Shown one piece after another: positions 28,452-37,321 of a stretch of 64,000 nt of DNA. Where the stretch lies: NCBI GenBank assembly GCA_027064085.1, contig JAMOQH010000141.1, positions 2,259 through 66,258 of the forward strand, written 5' to 3'. Source of the DNA: a bacterium (GTDB lineage Bacteria; UBP6; JAFGXH01). A program made the position numbers and the translations under genes. How positions within the stretch are numbered: position 1 is the first letter of the stretch; every line of letters begins with the position of its first letter. The notes beneath the pieces were generated by a model. The model searched no databases. It was not told the origin of the DNA and saw only the letters and a program-made list of their open reading frames with translations.

Positions 28452-29681
28452 TTAAAAATTAGCAATAAATCTTGATTGAAAAATATGTAAATCAATTCCT
28501 TCTTCCGGTATATTTTTTTTGTAATCACCATCTCCATCTGACCATTTTGAATTATCAGCATAAGAATAATTAAACATTATTCTAAAGTTTGTATTAAAAA
28601 ACCATGTTAGACCAACTGTATATTGAGTTGCTAATCCACCTTCTATTTTTTCTTGATCAGGGTCACCACCAACATCATTTAAGTTTAGTCTACTTATTCT
28701 TAATGCAAGCTCTATAGCACCAAAATCTCTTTTAGGAATTACAGGTAAAAATTCTCCTGCCATTACGGAGTAAGGCTTTATTTCTCCTGTTAAAAAAACT
28801 CCAAGATGAGCATAAAATCCACTAAAAGATAAATCTCTCTTATCATTTTCTCTAAAAGCCTTATTTATCATATACTCTGCTTGCAATCTAATAAATTTGT
28901 ATGATAAAGCAAATTCTATATTCCCAACACTATTATACTCAACATCACTTATATCACCTGTATCTAAATATTTTACTTTAGATACTTTTGTTTCAGGTCT
29001 AGAACTGACTTTTATTACTCCTGTATCATCTTCAGTAGTTTCCATAAAGGCCCCCACACCTAAATGAATAATAATATCACTAATTGAGTAGGCTAAAGAA
29101 CCTCTCAATGCGAATCCCAAAGCTTCATCTCCAGACTTACCTTTTGAATCACCAATTTCCTGTCCAAATACAGATGTTGAAATTTGACCATAGTTACCCC
29201 AATAGTTATATCCTATAGACATTCTTCTACCGGGTGTAAAAGAATTTGCTAATGAACGCTCCATAAAGGTAATAATTAATGAAGAGGTTAATTCTTCCAT
29301 ACTAAATGGAACCTTATAATATCCAATTTTAAGCATAGAATTACTTCCTATCAATCTTGCTGCCCACATGTCTTTTGCTTCAACCTGATTATCTGCAATA
29401 TCCATATCAAATTCAGCAAGCCAATATTTATGCAGTTTTGTCTTTAATGCTAAACGACCTCTTCTTAAATCACTACCATTATAAGCATAATCAGATCCAC
29501 TATATCTAGCAAAATCTAAAAAGATTCTAGCATCAAATCTTAAAGAAAAATCATCTCCAGAACGAAAATATAAAACCCCATTTTCCCATGCCCCATCAGC
29601 TTTATTATTTTTTTTATCTCCATCAGCAAACACTGAAAATGACATAAAAACAGTTAGCACTATAACCCAAAATTTATTCAT
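28452..29681 (-). CDS. Outer-membrane porin, phosphate-selective porin O/P family
   Basis: Signal peptide. DLRRGRLALKTKLHKYWLAEFDMDIADNQVEAKDMWA resembles the Porin_O_P core. C-terminal ...SRFIANF. Confidence 0.65.
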   Translation of the reverse strand: MNKFWVIVLTVFMSFSVFADGDKKNNKADGAWENGVLYFRSGDDFSLRFDARIFLDFARYSGSDYAYNGSDLRRGRLALKTKLHKYWLAEFDMDIADNQVEAKDMWAARLIGSNSMLKIGYYKVPFSMEELTSSLIITFMERSLANSFTPGRRMSIGYNYWGNYGQISTSVFGQEIGDSKGKSGDEALGFALRGSLAYSISDIIIHLGVGAFMETTEDDTGVIKVSSRPETKVSKVKYLDTGDISDVEYNSVGNIEFALSYKFIRLQAEYMINKAFRENDKRDLSFSGFYAHLGVFLTGEIKPYSVMAGEFLPVIPKRDFGAIELALRISRLNLNDVGGDPDQEKIEGGLATQYTVGLTWFFNTNFRIMFNYSYADNSKWSDGDGDYKKNIPEEGIDLHIFQSRFIANF

Positions 29682-29718
29682 ATAACCTCCCTAATGGTAC
29701 TATACTCAATCACTGTTC

Positions 29719-29747
29719 ATTATAGGGATTTTTCGTTTGAAAGTAAA
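29719..29747 (-). promoter_or_regulatory. Candidate sigma-70 promoter for the porin-LTD-permease-CYTH operon
   Basis: On the minus strand, TTTACT-N17-TATAAT (-35 at 29742-29747, -10 at 29719-29724), about 38 nt upstream of the porin ATG, which has a GGGAGG RBS. Confidence 0.35.
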
Positions 29748-29973
29748 GAATATTATTTACTTATAATAAATAAAAAACATTGAATAAAAGGCAAGTACAA
29801 AAGAATTTCATAGAGATTGTTAAAACGAGCTGAAGTCAAGTCTCAACAATTATACGAAAACAAATAAAAGATGTTATTTCAATATATTACATTAATAATT
29901 TAACAACTTGCATTATATTATCTTTCTAACTGTTTATTTAAAATCTCTAAAACCCTTAAAAAACCTTATTTTT

Positions 29974-30018
29974 TTACATATATGTAACAGTAAAATATAA
30001 AAGTGGTACATATATGTA
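29974..30018. promoter_or_regulatory. Two identical 12-bp palindromes TACATATATGTA spaced 32 bp centre to centre; candidate NrdR-type operator pair
   Basis: Perfect palindromes at 29975-29986 (14 bp with flanks) and 30007-30018, directly upstream of a TTGACA hexamer (30027-30032) and the nrdJ start at 30078. Confidence 0.45.
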
Positions 30019-30077
30019 TTTTTATATTGACAAAACAACTTAAAATATTATATCTTTAGCTTGAATTTGGAGGAAAA

Positions 30078-33000
30078 ATGACAGAAGAAAAAGAGTTTTT
30101 TAAACAGCCCATTTCAAAAGAAATTTGGGCTTCAAAATATCAATTAAAAGACAAAGATGGTGAGCCTGTTGAAAATGATATTATGGATACATTTAATAGA
30201 GTTGCAAATAAATTATCGGAAAATGAAAGCAATAAAGAATATTGGAAAAATGAATTTTTAAATTTAATGATTAATGGTAAATTTATCGCTGCAGGTAGAA
30301 TTATTTCAAATGCAGGAGCTGAAAAATATAAAAACAATACATCACTTATAAACTGTACAGTGATGAATCAAATTCCCGACTCTATGGAAGGAATAATGCA
30401 AGTTGTAAAAGAAAGTGCAAGAACCCTACAAAGAGGAAGTGGGGTTGGTTACGATTTTTCTACAATTAGACCTAAAGGTGCATTGGTAAGAGGTGTGGGA
30501 AGTGGTACAAGTGGTCCTTTATCATTTATGGAAATTTATGATAAAATGTGCTTTACAATTCAATCAGCTGGAGGTCGAAGAGGGGCTCAAATGGGATTAA
30601 TGGATTGTCAACACCCTGATATTATGGATTATATTAAAGCCAAACGAGAAGATGGTAAACTTAGACAATTTAATTTATCTGTATTAATTACTAAAAAATT
30701 TATGGATGCTGTAATTAACAATGAATTGTGGGAATTATGGTTTTGGGAAAGAAAATCAAGTTTAAACACAGAAACAATTGAAAAAAACTTAATTAAAGTT
30801 ATAAAAAAAGGCGATATTCCATATAATCATCCAGAATATCATTATTTTCAATACGAGAAAGAACATATTGAAGTTGAATATGATAACATTGACCCTAGTG
30901 AAATTTTTGTAAAAAAAGTTTATGAAAGAATTCCAGCACAGAAAATTTGGAATTTAATAATGAAATCAACTTATGATTATGCAGAACCTGGCTTTATTTT
31001 AATAGATGAAGTAAACCATAAAAATAACCTTTGGTGGTTAGAAACAATTAGAGCAACAAATCCATGTGTTACATCGGATACTTGGGTTCAAACAAATAAT
31101 GGTCCATTACAGGTTAATGATTTAATAAATAAGCAATTTACAGCTAGAATAAATGGAGCAGAATATCTTAGTGCAAAAGAAGGTTTTTTCAAAACAGCAA
31201 CTAAAAAAATTATTGAATTAGAGACATCAGATGGATATAAAATAAAGCTAACTGATGACCATAAAATAAAGAAAGTAACTAAATTTACAAGAAATACTAT
31301 TGAATCAGAATGGTGTGAAGCTGGAAAAATAAAAGAAAATGAATATATCTTATTAAATAATCACAATAACAATATTTCATGGAAGGGAATAAATGATTAT
31401 GAAGAAAATGAAGGATATTTAATAGGATTACTTATTGGTGATGGTAGTTTTAGTGAAAACAATGCTATTCTATCTGTTTGGAAAGATAAAAATATTGTAA
31501 ATGGAGAAAACTTCACTCTTTCTGGTGCTTATTCAATGATGGAATATGTTGAAAAAGCAGTACTTCCTTTAAAGAAAAGAATTGATTTCACTGGGTGGCA
31601 TGAAATAAGTGGAAGAAGCGAATTTCGTTTATCATTATCATCAATAACTAAGATTGCAAAAAACCTTGATGTTTATCAGGGTAATAAAGTTATAACAGAT
31701 AAAATAGAAAAATCATCTAGTAACTTCTATATAGGATTTATAAAAGGACTATTTGATGCAGATGCTTCTGTTCAAGGAACTCAAGAAAAAGGAGTTTCAA
31801 TAAGACTTGCACAATCAAATATAAATACTTTAGAGTCAACTCAAAGAATGCTACTTAGACTTGGTATAAATTCTAAAATATATAAAGAAAGAAGAAAAGA
31901 AGGTAAAACACTACTTCCAGATGGTAAAGGTGAAAGTAAGTTTTATCATACTAAAGCTCAACATGAATTAATAATAAGTAATGAAAACATTATAAAATAT
32001 CAAAAGACTATTGGCTTTAATAATATTGAAAAACAAAATAAATTAACATCTTTAATAGGTAACTTTAAAAGAAAGCCAAATAGAGAAAGATTTATAACAA
32101 AATTAAAATCAATTAAATATCTTGGCTTTGAAGATGTTTATGATGTACAAGTTCCTGGAATCAATGCTTTTGATGGAAATGGTTTTGTGTGTCACAACTG
32201 CGGCGAGCAGCCATTGCCTCCTAATGGGGCTTGTTTATTAGGCTCTATGATACTGCCAACTTATGTAAAAGAGCCTTTTACAGAAAATGCAAACTTTGAT
32301 TTTGACAGCTTTAAAAAAGATATAAAAATTGCGGCAAGATTACTTGATAATGTTGTTGAATATAATGGTCTTCCATTAGAGAATCAAGTTAAGGAAATTC
32401 TAGAAAAGAGAAGACATGGAATGGGATTTACAGGCCTAGGAAATACATTTGCTATGCTTAAAATTGCCTATGGAAGTGAAAAATCTATAGAAATTACAGC
32501 TAAAATCAGTAAAATGCTTGCAGAAGAAAATTATATCGCAGGAATTCAACTAGGAGAAGAAAAAGGGATAGCAAAAGTTTTAGACTCTTTTTATACTCTT
32601 AAAGAGAGTTATTTAAATAGAATAGAGAAAAAATTTAATAAAAAAGACATTTCTTTGCTAAAAAAAGAAGGGCTTTTAACTAAAAAAGAGGTAAAAGGAA
32701 CAGTTCTACATGCCGCTTCCAATTATTTTGATGCTTTAGATTATGATTTAAGGCTAGAATTAGCCTTAAAAGGGTCAAGATTTACCCATGCCACAACAAT
32801 AGCTCCAAATGGAACAGTATCTTTAGTTAGCAATAATGTTTCAAATGGAATAGAGCCACCTTTTATGTTTTCTTATTTTAGAAATGTAATAATAGAAGGA
32901 AATAATACAAAACAACAACAAGAAGTTATGGACTTTTCATATTTAAAGTACAAAACAGAAATAGATAATACTGTAACACCAGATAAATTACCTAATTATT

Positions 33001-33374
33001 TTGTTTCAACAGAAACATTAACTGCTAAGGAACATATTGCTGTTCAAGCAGCTGCACAAAAATATATTGATACTAGTATATCAAAAACAATTAATGTAAA
33101 AACCGATTACCCTTTTGAAGATTTTAAAAATATTTACATTAATGCTTATAAATCTGGCTTAAAAGGTGTAACAACTTTTCGATTTAACCCTAATTTTACA
33201 ACAGGAGTACTTGTGAGTGAGAAAAACTTAAAGAAAACAACTTATGAATTTACCTTAGATGATGGTAGTAAAGTTAAATTAAAAGGAAATGAAAAGGTTG
33301 TATATGAAGGCCAAGAACATGTAGTTTCTAACCTTTATGATGCCCTAAAAGAAGGCTATTATGGTAAATTTTAA
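30078..33374 (+). CDS. nrdJ: Class II (adenosylcobalamin-dependent) ribonucleotide reductase, NrdJa-type, interrupted by an intein
   Basis: RNR motifs (LINCTV, GSGVGYDFSTIRPKG, GGRRGA), with the catalytic loop ATNP/CGEQPL split by 378 aa. The extein total of 720 aa matches split NrdJa-type proteins. Confidence 0.9.
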   Translation: MTEEKEFFKQPISKEIWASKYQLKDKDGEPVENDIMDTFNRVANKLSENESNKEYWKNEFLNLMINGKFIAAGRIISNAGAEKYKNNTSLINCTVMNQIPDSMEGIMQVVKESARTLQRGSGVGYDFSTIRPKGALVRGVGSGTSGPLSFMEIYDKMCFTIQSAGGRRGAQMGLMDCQHPDIMDYIKAKREDGKLRQFNLSVLITKKFMDAVINNELWELWFWERKSSLNTETIEKNLIKVIKKGDIPYNHPEYHYFQYEKEHIEVEYDNIDPSEIFVKKVYERIPAQKIWNLIMKSTYDYAEPGFILIDEVNHKNNLWWLETIRATNPCVTSDTWVQTNNGPLQVNDLINKQFTARINGAEYLSAKEGFFKTATKKIIELETSDGYKIKLTDDHKIKKVTKFTRNTIESEWCEAGKIKENEYILLNNHNNNISWKGINDYEENEGYLIGLLIGDGSFSENNAILSVWKDKNIVNGENFTLSGAYSMMEYVEKAVLPLKKRIDFTGWHEISGRSEFRLSLSSITKIAKNLDVYQGNKVITDKIEKSSSNFYIGFIKGLFDADASVQGTQEKGVSIRLAQSNINTLESTQRMLLRLGINSKIYKERRKEGKTLLPDGKGESKFYHTKAQHELIISNENIIKYQKTIGFNNIEKQNKLTSLIGNFKRKPNRERFITKLKSIKYLGFEDVYDVQVPGINAFDGNGFVCHNCGEQPLPPNGACLLGSMILPTYVKEPFTENANFDFDSFKKDIKIAARLLDNVVEYNGLPLENQVKEILEKRRHGMGFTGLGNTFAMLKIAYGSEKSIEITAKISKMLAEENYIAGIQLGEEKGIAKVLDSFYTLKESYLNRIEKKFNKKDISLLKKEGLLTKKEVKGTVLHAASNYFDALDYDLRLELALKGSRFTHATTIAPNGTVSLVSNNVSNGIEPPFMFSYFRNVIIEGNNTKQQQEVMDFSYLKYKTEIDNTVTPDKLPNYFVSTETLTAKEHIAVQAAAQKYIDTSISKTINVKTDYPFEDFKNIYINAYKSGLKGVTTFRFNPNFTTGVLVSEKNLKKTTYEFTLDDGSKVKLKGNEKVVYEGQEHVVSNLYDALKEGYYGKF
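31065..32198 (+). mobile_element. Intein (378 aa) with a LAGLIDADG homing-endonuclease domain, inserted in the NPCGE thiyl-radical loop
   Basis: Starts at Cys (CVTSDTWV). Block B is LTDDHKI. Two LAGLIDADG motifs (LIGLLIGDGSF, FIKGLFDADAS). Ends ...GFVCHN followed by +1 Cys of CGEQPL. Coordinates were derived by codon counting from 30078. Confidence 0.85.
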
Positions 33375-33445
33375 TAAGTTAAATAAATAAAAATATTTTA
33401 TCCAAATTATATACAAAATGGAGATATAAATAATAGGAGAAAAGC

Positions 33446-34153
33446 TTGAGTGGAATTAAAGAAATATCTGGAAAGATTGTAGATTGGAAAATTATAGATG
33501 AAAAAAATGGAAAACTTAGTACAGTAAAAAGAGCAAGACCAGCGGAGTTATCTGGTAGTACTTATGCTCTAAAATCTAATTTATTAAAAAGTACTTTGTA
33601 TATCACCATTAACAATATAAAAATGGAAAATGGAAAAGATAGGCCTTTTGAAATATTCTTTAATACAAGAGATACAGGCAAATTTATAGAACTTCAAATT
33701 ATTACGAGATTAATTTCGGCTATTTTTAGAAGAACAGAAAATGCAGTATTTGTAATTGATGAATTAAAAGCTGTTGCTAATCCGGAAAACACAGGATACT
33801 TTAGAGGTCCAAGAGAAGAAAAAGGAGAGACAAAAGGAAAGTATATTCCATCTATTTTTTATGAAATTGGTGAAATAATAGAAGAGCATTTTATTATTTT
33901 AGGATTTAATGACCCAAGACTTAAAAAAAAAATTATCTCAAATAATTCGGCACCTCAAATAAAAGGGAAAATTGAATCTTGGGAAATCTATGAATTTGAA
34001 GAAGATGAATCAGATAGCGAAATCGTTTTAAACCAAGAAATTCCAGATGAAATGATTACCGGTATAGAATGCCCTCAATGTCATGAAAAAACTTTAACAA
34101 AACAAGGTGGCTGTGATGTATGTCCATTATGTAGTTATAGTAAATGTGGATAA
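33446..34153 (+). CDS. NrdJb-like C-terminal subunit of split class II RNR (TSCPD-type domain plus C-terminal zinc ribbon)
   Basis: RPAELSGSTYALKS...LYITINN...RPFEIFFNTRDTG...LQIITRLISAIFR matches the C-terminal segment of fused NrdJ proteins. C-terminal CPQC...CDVCPLC. TTG start behind AGGAG. Confidence 0.6.
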   Translation: MSGIKEISGKIVDWKIIDEKNGKLSTVKRARPAELSGSTYALKSNLLKSTLYITINNIKMENGKDRPFEIFFNTRDTGKFIELQIITRLISAIFRRTENAVFVIDELKAVANPENTGYFRGPREEKGETKGKYIPSIFYEIGEIIEEHFIILGFNDPRLKKKIISNNSAPQIKGKIESWEIYEFEEDESDSEIVLNQEIPDEMITGIECPQCHEKTLTKQGGCDVCPLCSYSKCG

Positions 34154-34191
34154 ATAATTAATATAAATTATCTATCTAGAATTAAAAAAAC

Positions 34192-34218
34192 TTCAACCAA
34201 AATAAAATTTTGTTTTCC
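34192..34218. repeat. Left inverted repeat flanking the AAA-ATPase/PD-(D/E)XK gene
   Basis: ttcaaccaaa-N7-tttgttttcc. Its reverse complement recurs at 35908-35932 (ggaaaacaaa-N5-tttggttgaa). Confidence 0.6.
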
Positions 34219-34310
34219 GTTTAAAAAAGTAACTAAATTATAAATTTATTTCTTTTTAATTGAATAATATAAATAATGAGTTATAATAAACTAACTTATG
34301 AGGTTTAAAG

Positions 34311-35861
34311 ATGAAAAAATTACCCGTTGGAATATATACATTAAAAAAAATAGTAAAAGGAAACTACCTTTATATTGATAAAACAGATATCGCTCTTGAT
34401 ATTATTGAAAATAATGAATATGTTTTTTTATCCAGACCACGCCGATTTGGTAAATCTTTATTTCTAGATACTTTAAAAAATATTTTTGAAGCCAATAAAG
34501 AGTTATTTAAAGGACTTTATATTTATGATAAATATGATTGGACTAAAAAATATCCAGTTATAAAAATTAGCTTTAGTGGTAATATTTACAGTAAAGAAGA
34601 TTTAAACAGAAACCTACTTCATATTATGGAAAATATCCAGAAAGACTTGAAAATCACATGTAAAAACCAAACAGATGCCAATATTTGTTTTTCTGAATTA
34701 ATTAGAGAAACAAGTGAAAAATATAAAAGCCAAGTAGTTGTTTTAATTGACGAATATGATAAACCGATTTTAGACAATATTACAAAACCAGAAAATGCTC
34801 AGGAAATAAGGGAAGGCTTAAGAGATTTTTATACCAGAATAAAAGATAATGACCAATATTTAAAATTTGCATTTTTAACAGGAGTAAGTAAATTTAGTAA
34901 AACTAGTATATTTTCTGGATTAAATAATATTACAGATATAACATTAAATCCTAAATATGGTAATGTTTGTGGTTATACTCAAAATGATATAGAGAGTTCA
35001 TTCTTACCATACTTAGAAGGGGTTGATTTAGAAAAGTTAAAAACATGGTATAATGGATACAACTTTTTAAAAGATAAAGTCTATAATCCTTATAATATAT
35101 TACTTTTTATACAAAATGGTAAATTATATAAAAACTACTGGTTTGAAACCGGGACTCCAACATTTTTAATTAAACTTATTAAAGAAAATAATTATTTTTT
35201 ACCTAAACTATCCGATATAAGTGTAGGCGATGAGTTATTAAACTCTTTTGATGTTAACAATATAAAAGTTGAAACACTTTTTTTTCAAACAGGTTACTTA
35301 ACAATAGATGAAGTTAGCACAACTATTTTTGAAACACTTGAGTACAAACTCAAAATACCAAATAAAGAAGTACAGATTTCTTTAAATAATAAATTTATAG
35401 ATTATTTAACAAGAGATAATAGCTTAAATACTACGAAAACCAATATTTATCAATCACTACTGGATGCAAACTTAAAAGAGTTCAAAAAAGTTCTTATCGC
35501 CCTTTTTGCTTCAATTCCCTATAATAATTATGTAAATAACAATATTTTATCTTATGAGGGGTATTATGCCTCTGTAATTTATGCTTGTTTATCATCATTA
35601 GGATTAAATATTATAGCAGAAGATGTTACAAATAAAGGCAGAATAGACTTAACAGTAATTTTAAATAAAAAAGTTTATATATTAGAGTTTAAAGTATTAA
35701 ATTCCACTCCTAAAACCAATACTGCATTAAATCAAATTATAAAAAACAACTATCATGAAAAATATATGGATAAATATAAGGAAATTTATCAAATTGGTAT
35801 TATTTTTAATGAAAAAAAGAGAAATATCGTTAAATTTAATCATAAAAAAGTGAAAGTATAG
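34311..35861 (+). CDS. Predicted AAA-ATPase N-terminal domain fused to a PD-(D/E)XK nuclease domain (DUF1703-type family)
   Basis: MKKLPVGIYTLKKIVKGNYLYIDKTDIALDII...FLSRPRRFGKSLFLDTL is the hallmark N-terminus of this family. VVVLIDEYDKP is the Walker B. The C-terminal GRIDLTVIL..KVYILEFKV fits D...ExK. Confidence 0.8.
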   Translation: MKKLPVGIYTLKKIVKGNYLYIDKTDIALDIIENNEYVFLSRPRRFGKSLFLDTLKNIFEANKELFKGLYIYDKYDWTKKYPVIKISFSGNIYSKEDLNRNLLHIMENIQKDLKITCKNQTDANICFSELIRETSEKYKSQVVVLIDEYDKPILDNITKPENAQEIREGLRDFYTRIKDNDQYLKFAFLTGVSKFSKTSIFSGLNNITDITLNPKYGNVCGYTQNDIESSFLPYLEGVDLEKLKTWYNGYNFLKDKVYNPYNILLFIQNGKLYKNYWFETGTPTFLIKLIKENNYFLPKLSDISVGDELLNSFDVNNIKVETLFFQTGYLTIDEVSTTIFETLEYKLKIPNKEVQISLNNKFIDYLTRDNSLNTTKTNIYQSLLDANLKEFKKVLIALFASIPYNNYVNNNILSYEGYYASVIYACLSSLGLNIIAEDVTNKGRIDLTVILNKKVYILEFKVLNSTPKTNTALNQIIKNNYHEKYMDKYKEIYQIGIIFNEKKRNIVKFNHKKVKV

Positions 35862-35907
35862 AAAAATTACAATAATATTTAAACAATTTATTGGTTAAAT
35901 ATTCCAT

Positions 35908-35932
35908 GGAAAACAAACTTCGTTTGGTTGAA
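35908..35932. repeat. Right inverted repeat flanking the AAA-ATPase/PD-(D/E)XK gene
   Basis: ggaaaacaaacttcgtttggttgaa. Both 10-mers are exact reverse complements of the left-copy arms. Confidence 0.6.
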
Positions 35933-36085
35933 ATGGTAAAACAAATACACCGTAATTACCCTAAGCCTATAAGAGTAGAATAACTATTTTATAAATAAAT
36001 TAAATAAGCTTGTAAAATAATAAAATAATCCTTGCATTTAAAATGTAAATGTAATATCACTATATCATAATATTTTAGGGGGACT

Positions 36086-37276
36086 ATGTACAGATCACAT
36101 CACATTGAAAAGTTAATGCAAACATCCTCATGGATTAGAAAGATGTTCGAAGAAGGTATTGAATTAAAAAAACAATACGGAGAAGAAAATGTTTTTGATT
36201 TTTCTTTAGGTAATCCAATTACTGAGCCACCACAAGCATTCTTTGATAAATTAAAAGAAATAGCAGACAATCCTGTTCCTGGTACTCATAGATACATGCC
36301 CAATCAAGGTTTATATTCAACAAGGAGTAAAGTTGCTGCATATTATTCAAAAGAATTTGACATGAATATTAATGCCGATGATGTAATTATGACTGTAGGT
36401 GCAGCAGGTGCAATTAATGTAATTTTAAAAACATTTATAGACCCTGCAAATGAAATCATTACTTTTGCTCCTTATTTTGCAGAATATAAATTTTATGCAG
36501 ATAATCATCAAGCAAGATTAATTGTTCTTGGTAGTGATGATGAATTTAATCCAGATTTAGAAAGATTAAGGGATATGATTAATCCAGAAACTGCAGCAAT
36601 AATATTGAATTCGCCTCATAATCCAACAGGCAAAATTTATAGTGAAGATTTTATAAAAGAGCTTGTTGAAGTTCTTGAAGAAGGAACAGCTAGAATTGGA
36701 AGGCCAATTTATATAATTACAGACGAACCATATAGAAAAATTGTTTATGATGGATACCAAAATCCTGTAATTTTTAAACATTATAAATATACAATTTTTG
36801 TAACATCTCACTCTAAAGACTTATCTCTTGCAGGTGAAAGAATTGGTTATGCAATTGTTCACCCTAATATGCCATTCAAAGAAAAATTAATGACATCAAT
36901 GGCATTTTCAAACAGAATTTTAGGATTTGTAAATGCCCCTGCAATTATGCAACTTCTTGTAGAAGATATTGTTTCAGAGTCTGTTAATATAGAGGAATAC
37001 AAAGAAAAAAGAGATTTATTATACAATGGTTTACTTGATGCAGGCTTTACTGCTTATAAACCGCAAGGTGCTTTTTATATTTTTGTAAAAAGTCCTATAA
37101 AAAATGAAATTAAAATGATAGAGCATTTAAAAAAATATAATATATTAGCTGTTCCTGGTGTTGGTTTTGGAAAACGAGGATACTTTAGACTTTCCTATGC
37201 TGTTAAAAAAGATGTTGTAGTAAAAAGCCTTCCTTTATTCAAAAAAGCAATGGAAGAACTACACTTTATAAAATAA
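36086..37276 (+). CDS. PLP-dependent aminotransferase, class I/II (aspartate/alanine aminotransferase-like)
   Basis: NSPHNPTGKIY, TDEPYRKIVYD, and SHSKDLSLAGERIGY (PLP-lysine motif). 396 aa. Confidence 0.85.
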   Translation: MYRSHHIEKLMQTSSWIRKMFEEGIELKKQYGEENVFDFSLGNPITEPPQAFFDKLKEIADNPVPGTHRYMPNQGLYSTRSKVAAYYSKEFDMNINADDVIMTVGAAGAINVILKTFIDPANEIITFAPYFAEYKFYADNHQARLIVLGSDDEFNPDLERLRDMINPETAAIILNSPHNPTGKIYSEDFIKELVEVLEEGTARIGRPIYIITDEPYRKIVYDGYQNPVIFKHYKYTIFVTSHSKDLSLAGERIGYAIVHPNMPFKEKLMTSMAFSNRILGFVNAPAIMQLLVEDIVSESVNIEEYKEKRDLLYNGLLDAGFTAYKPQGAFYIFVKSPIKNEIKMIEHLKKYNILAVPGVGFGKRGYFRLSYAVKKDVVVKSLPLFKKAMEELHFIK

Positions 37277-37321
37277 TTTATTAATTACTAAATATGTTAG
37301 ATTTATCTAATAGGAGGATAT

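Noticed and set aside
29700-30077. Looked for a cobalamin riboswitch in the long leader/intergenic region upstream of the B12-dependent nrdJ
   Set aside because: There is no GC-rich B12-box-like core or extended conserved stems. The region is almost pure AT apart from the two palindromes. An Rfam covariance search would be needed for certainty.
35906-35983. 25-codon ORF (MENKLRLVEMVKQIHRNYPKPIRVE) downstream of the AAA-ATPase/PD-(D/E)XK gene
   Set aside because: It is too short to support as a gene, and it overlaps the right inverted repeat. It could be a gene fragment, but I cannot assign it.
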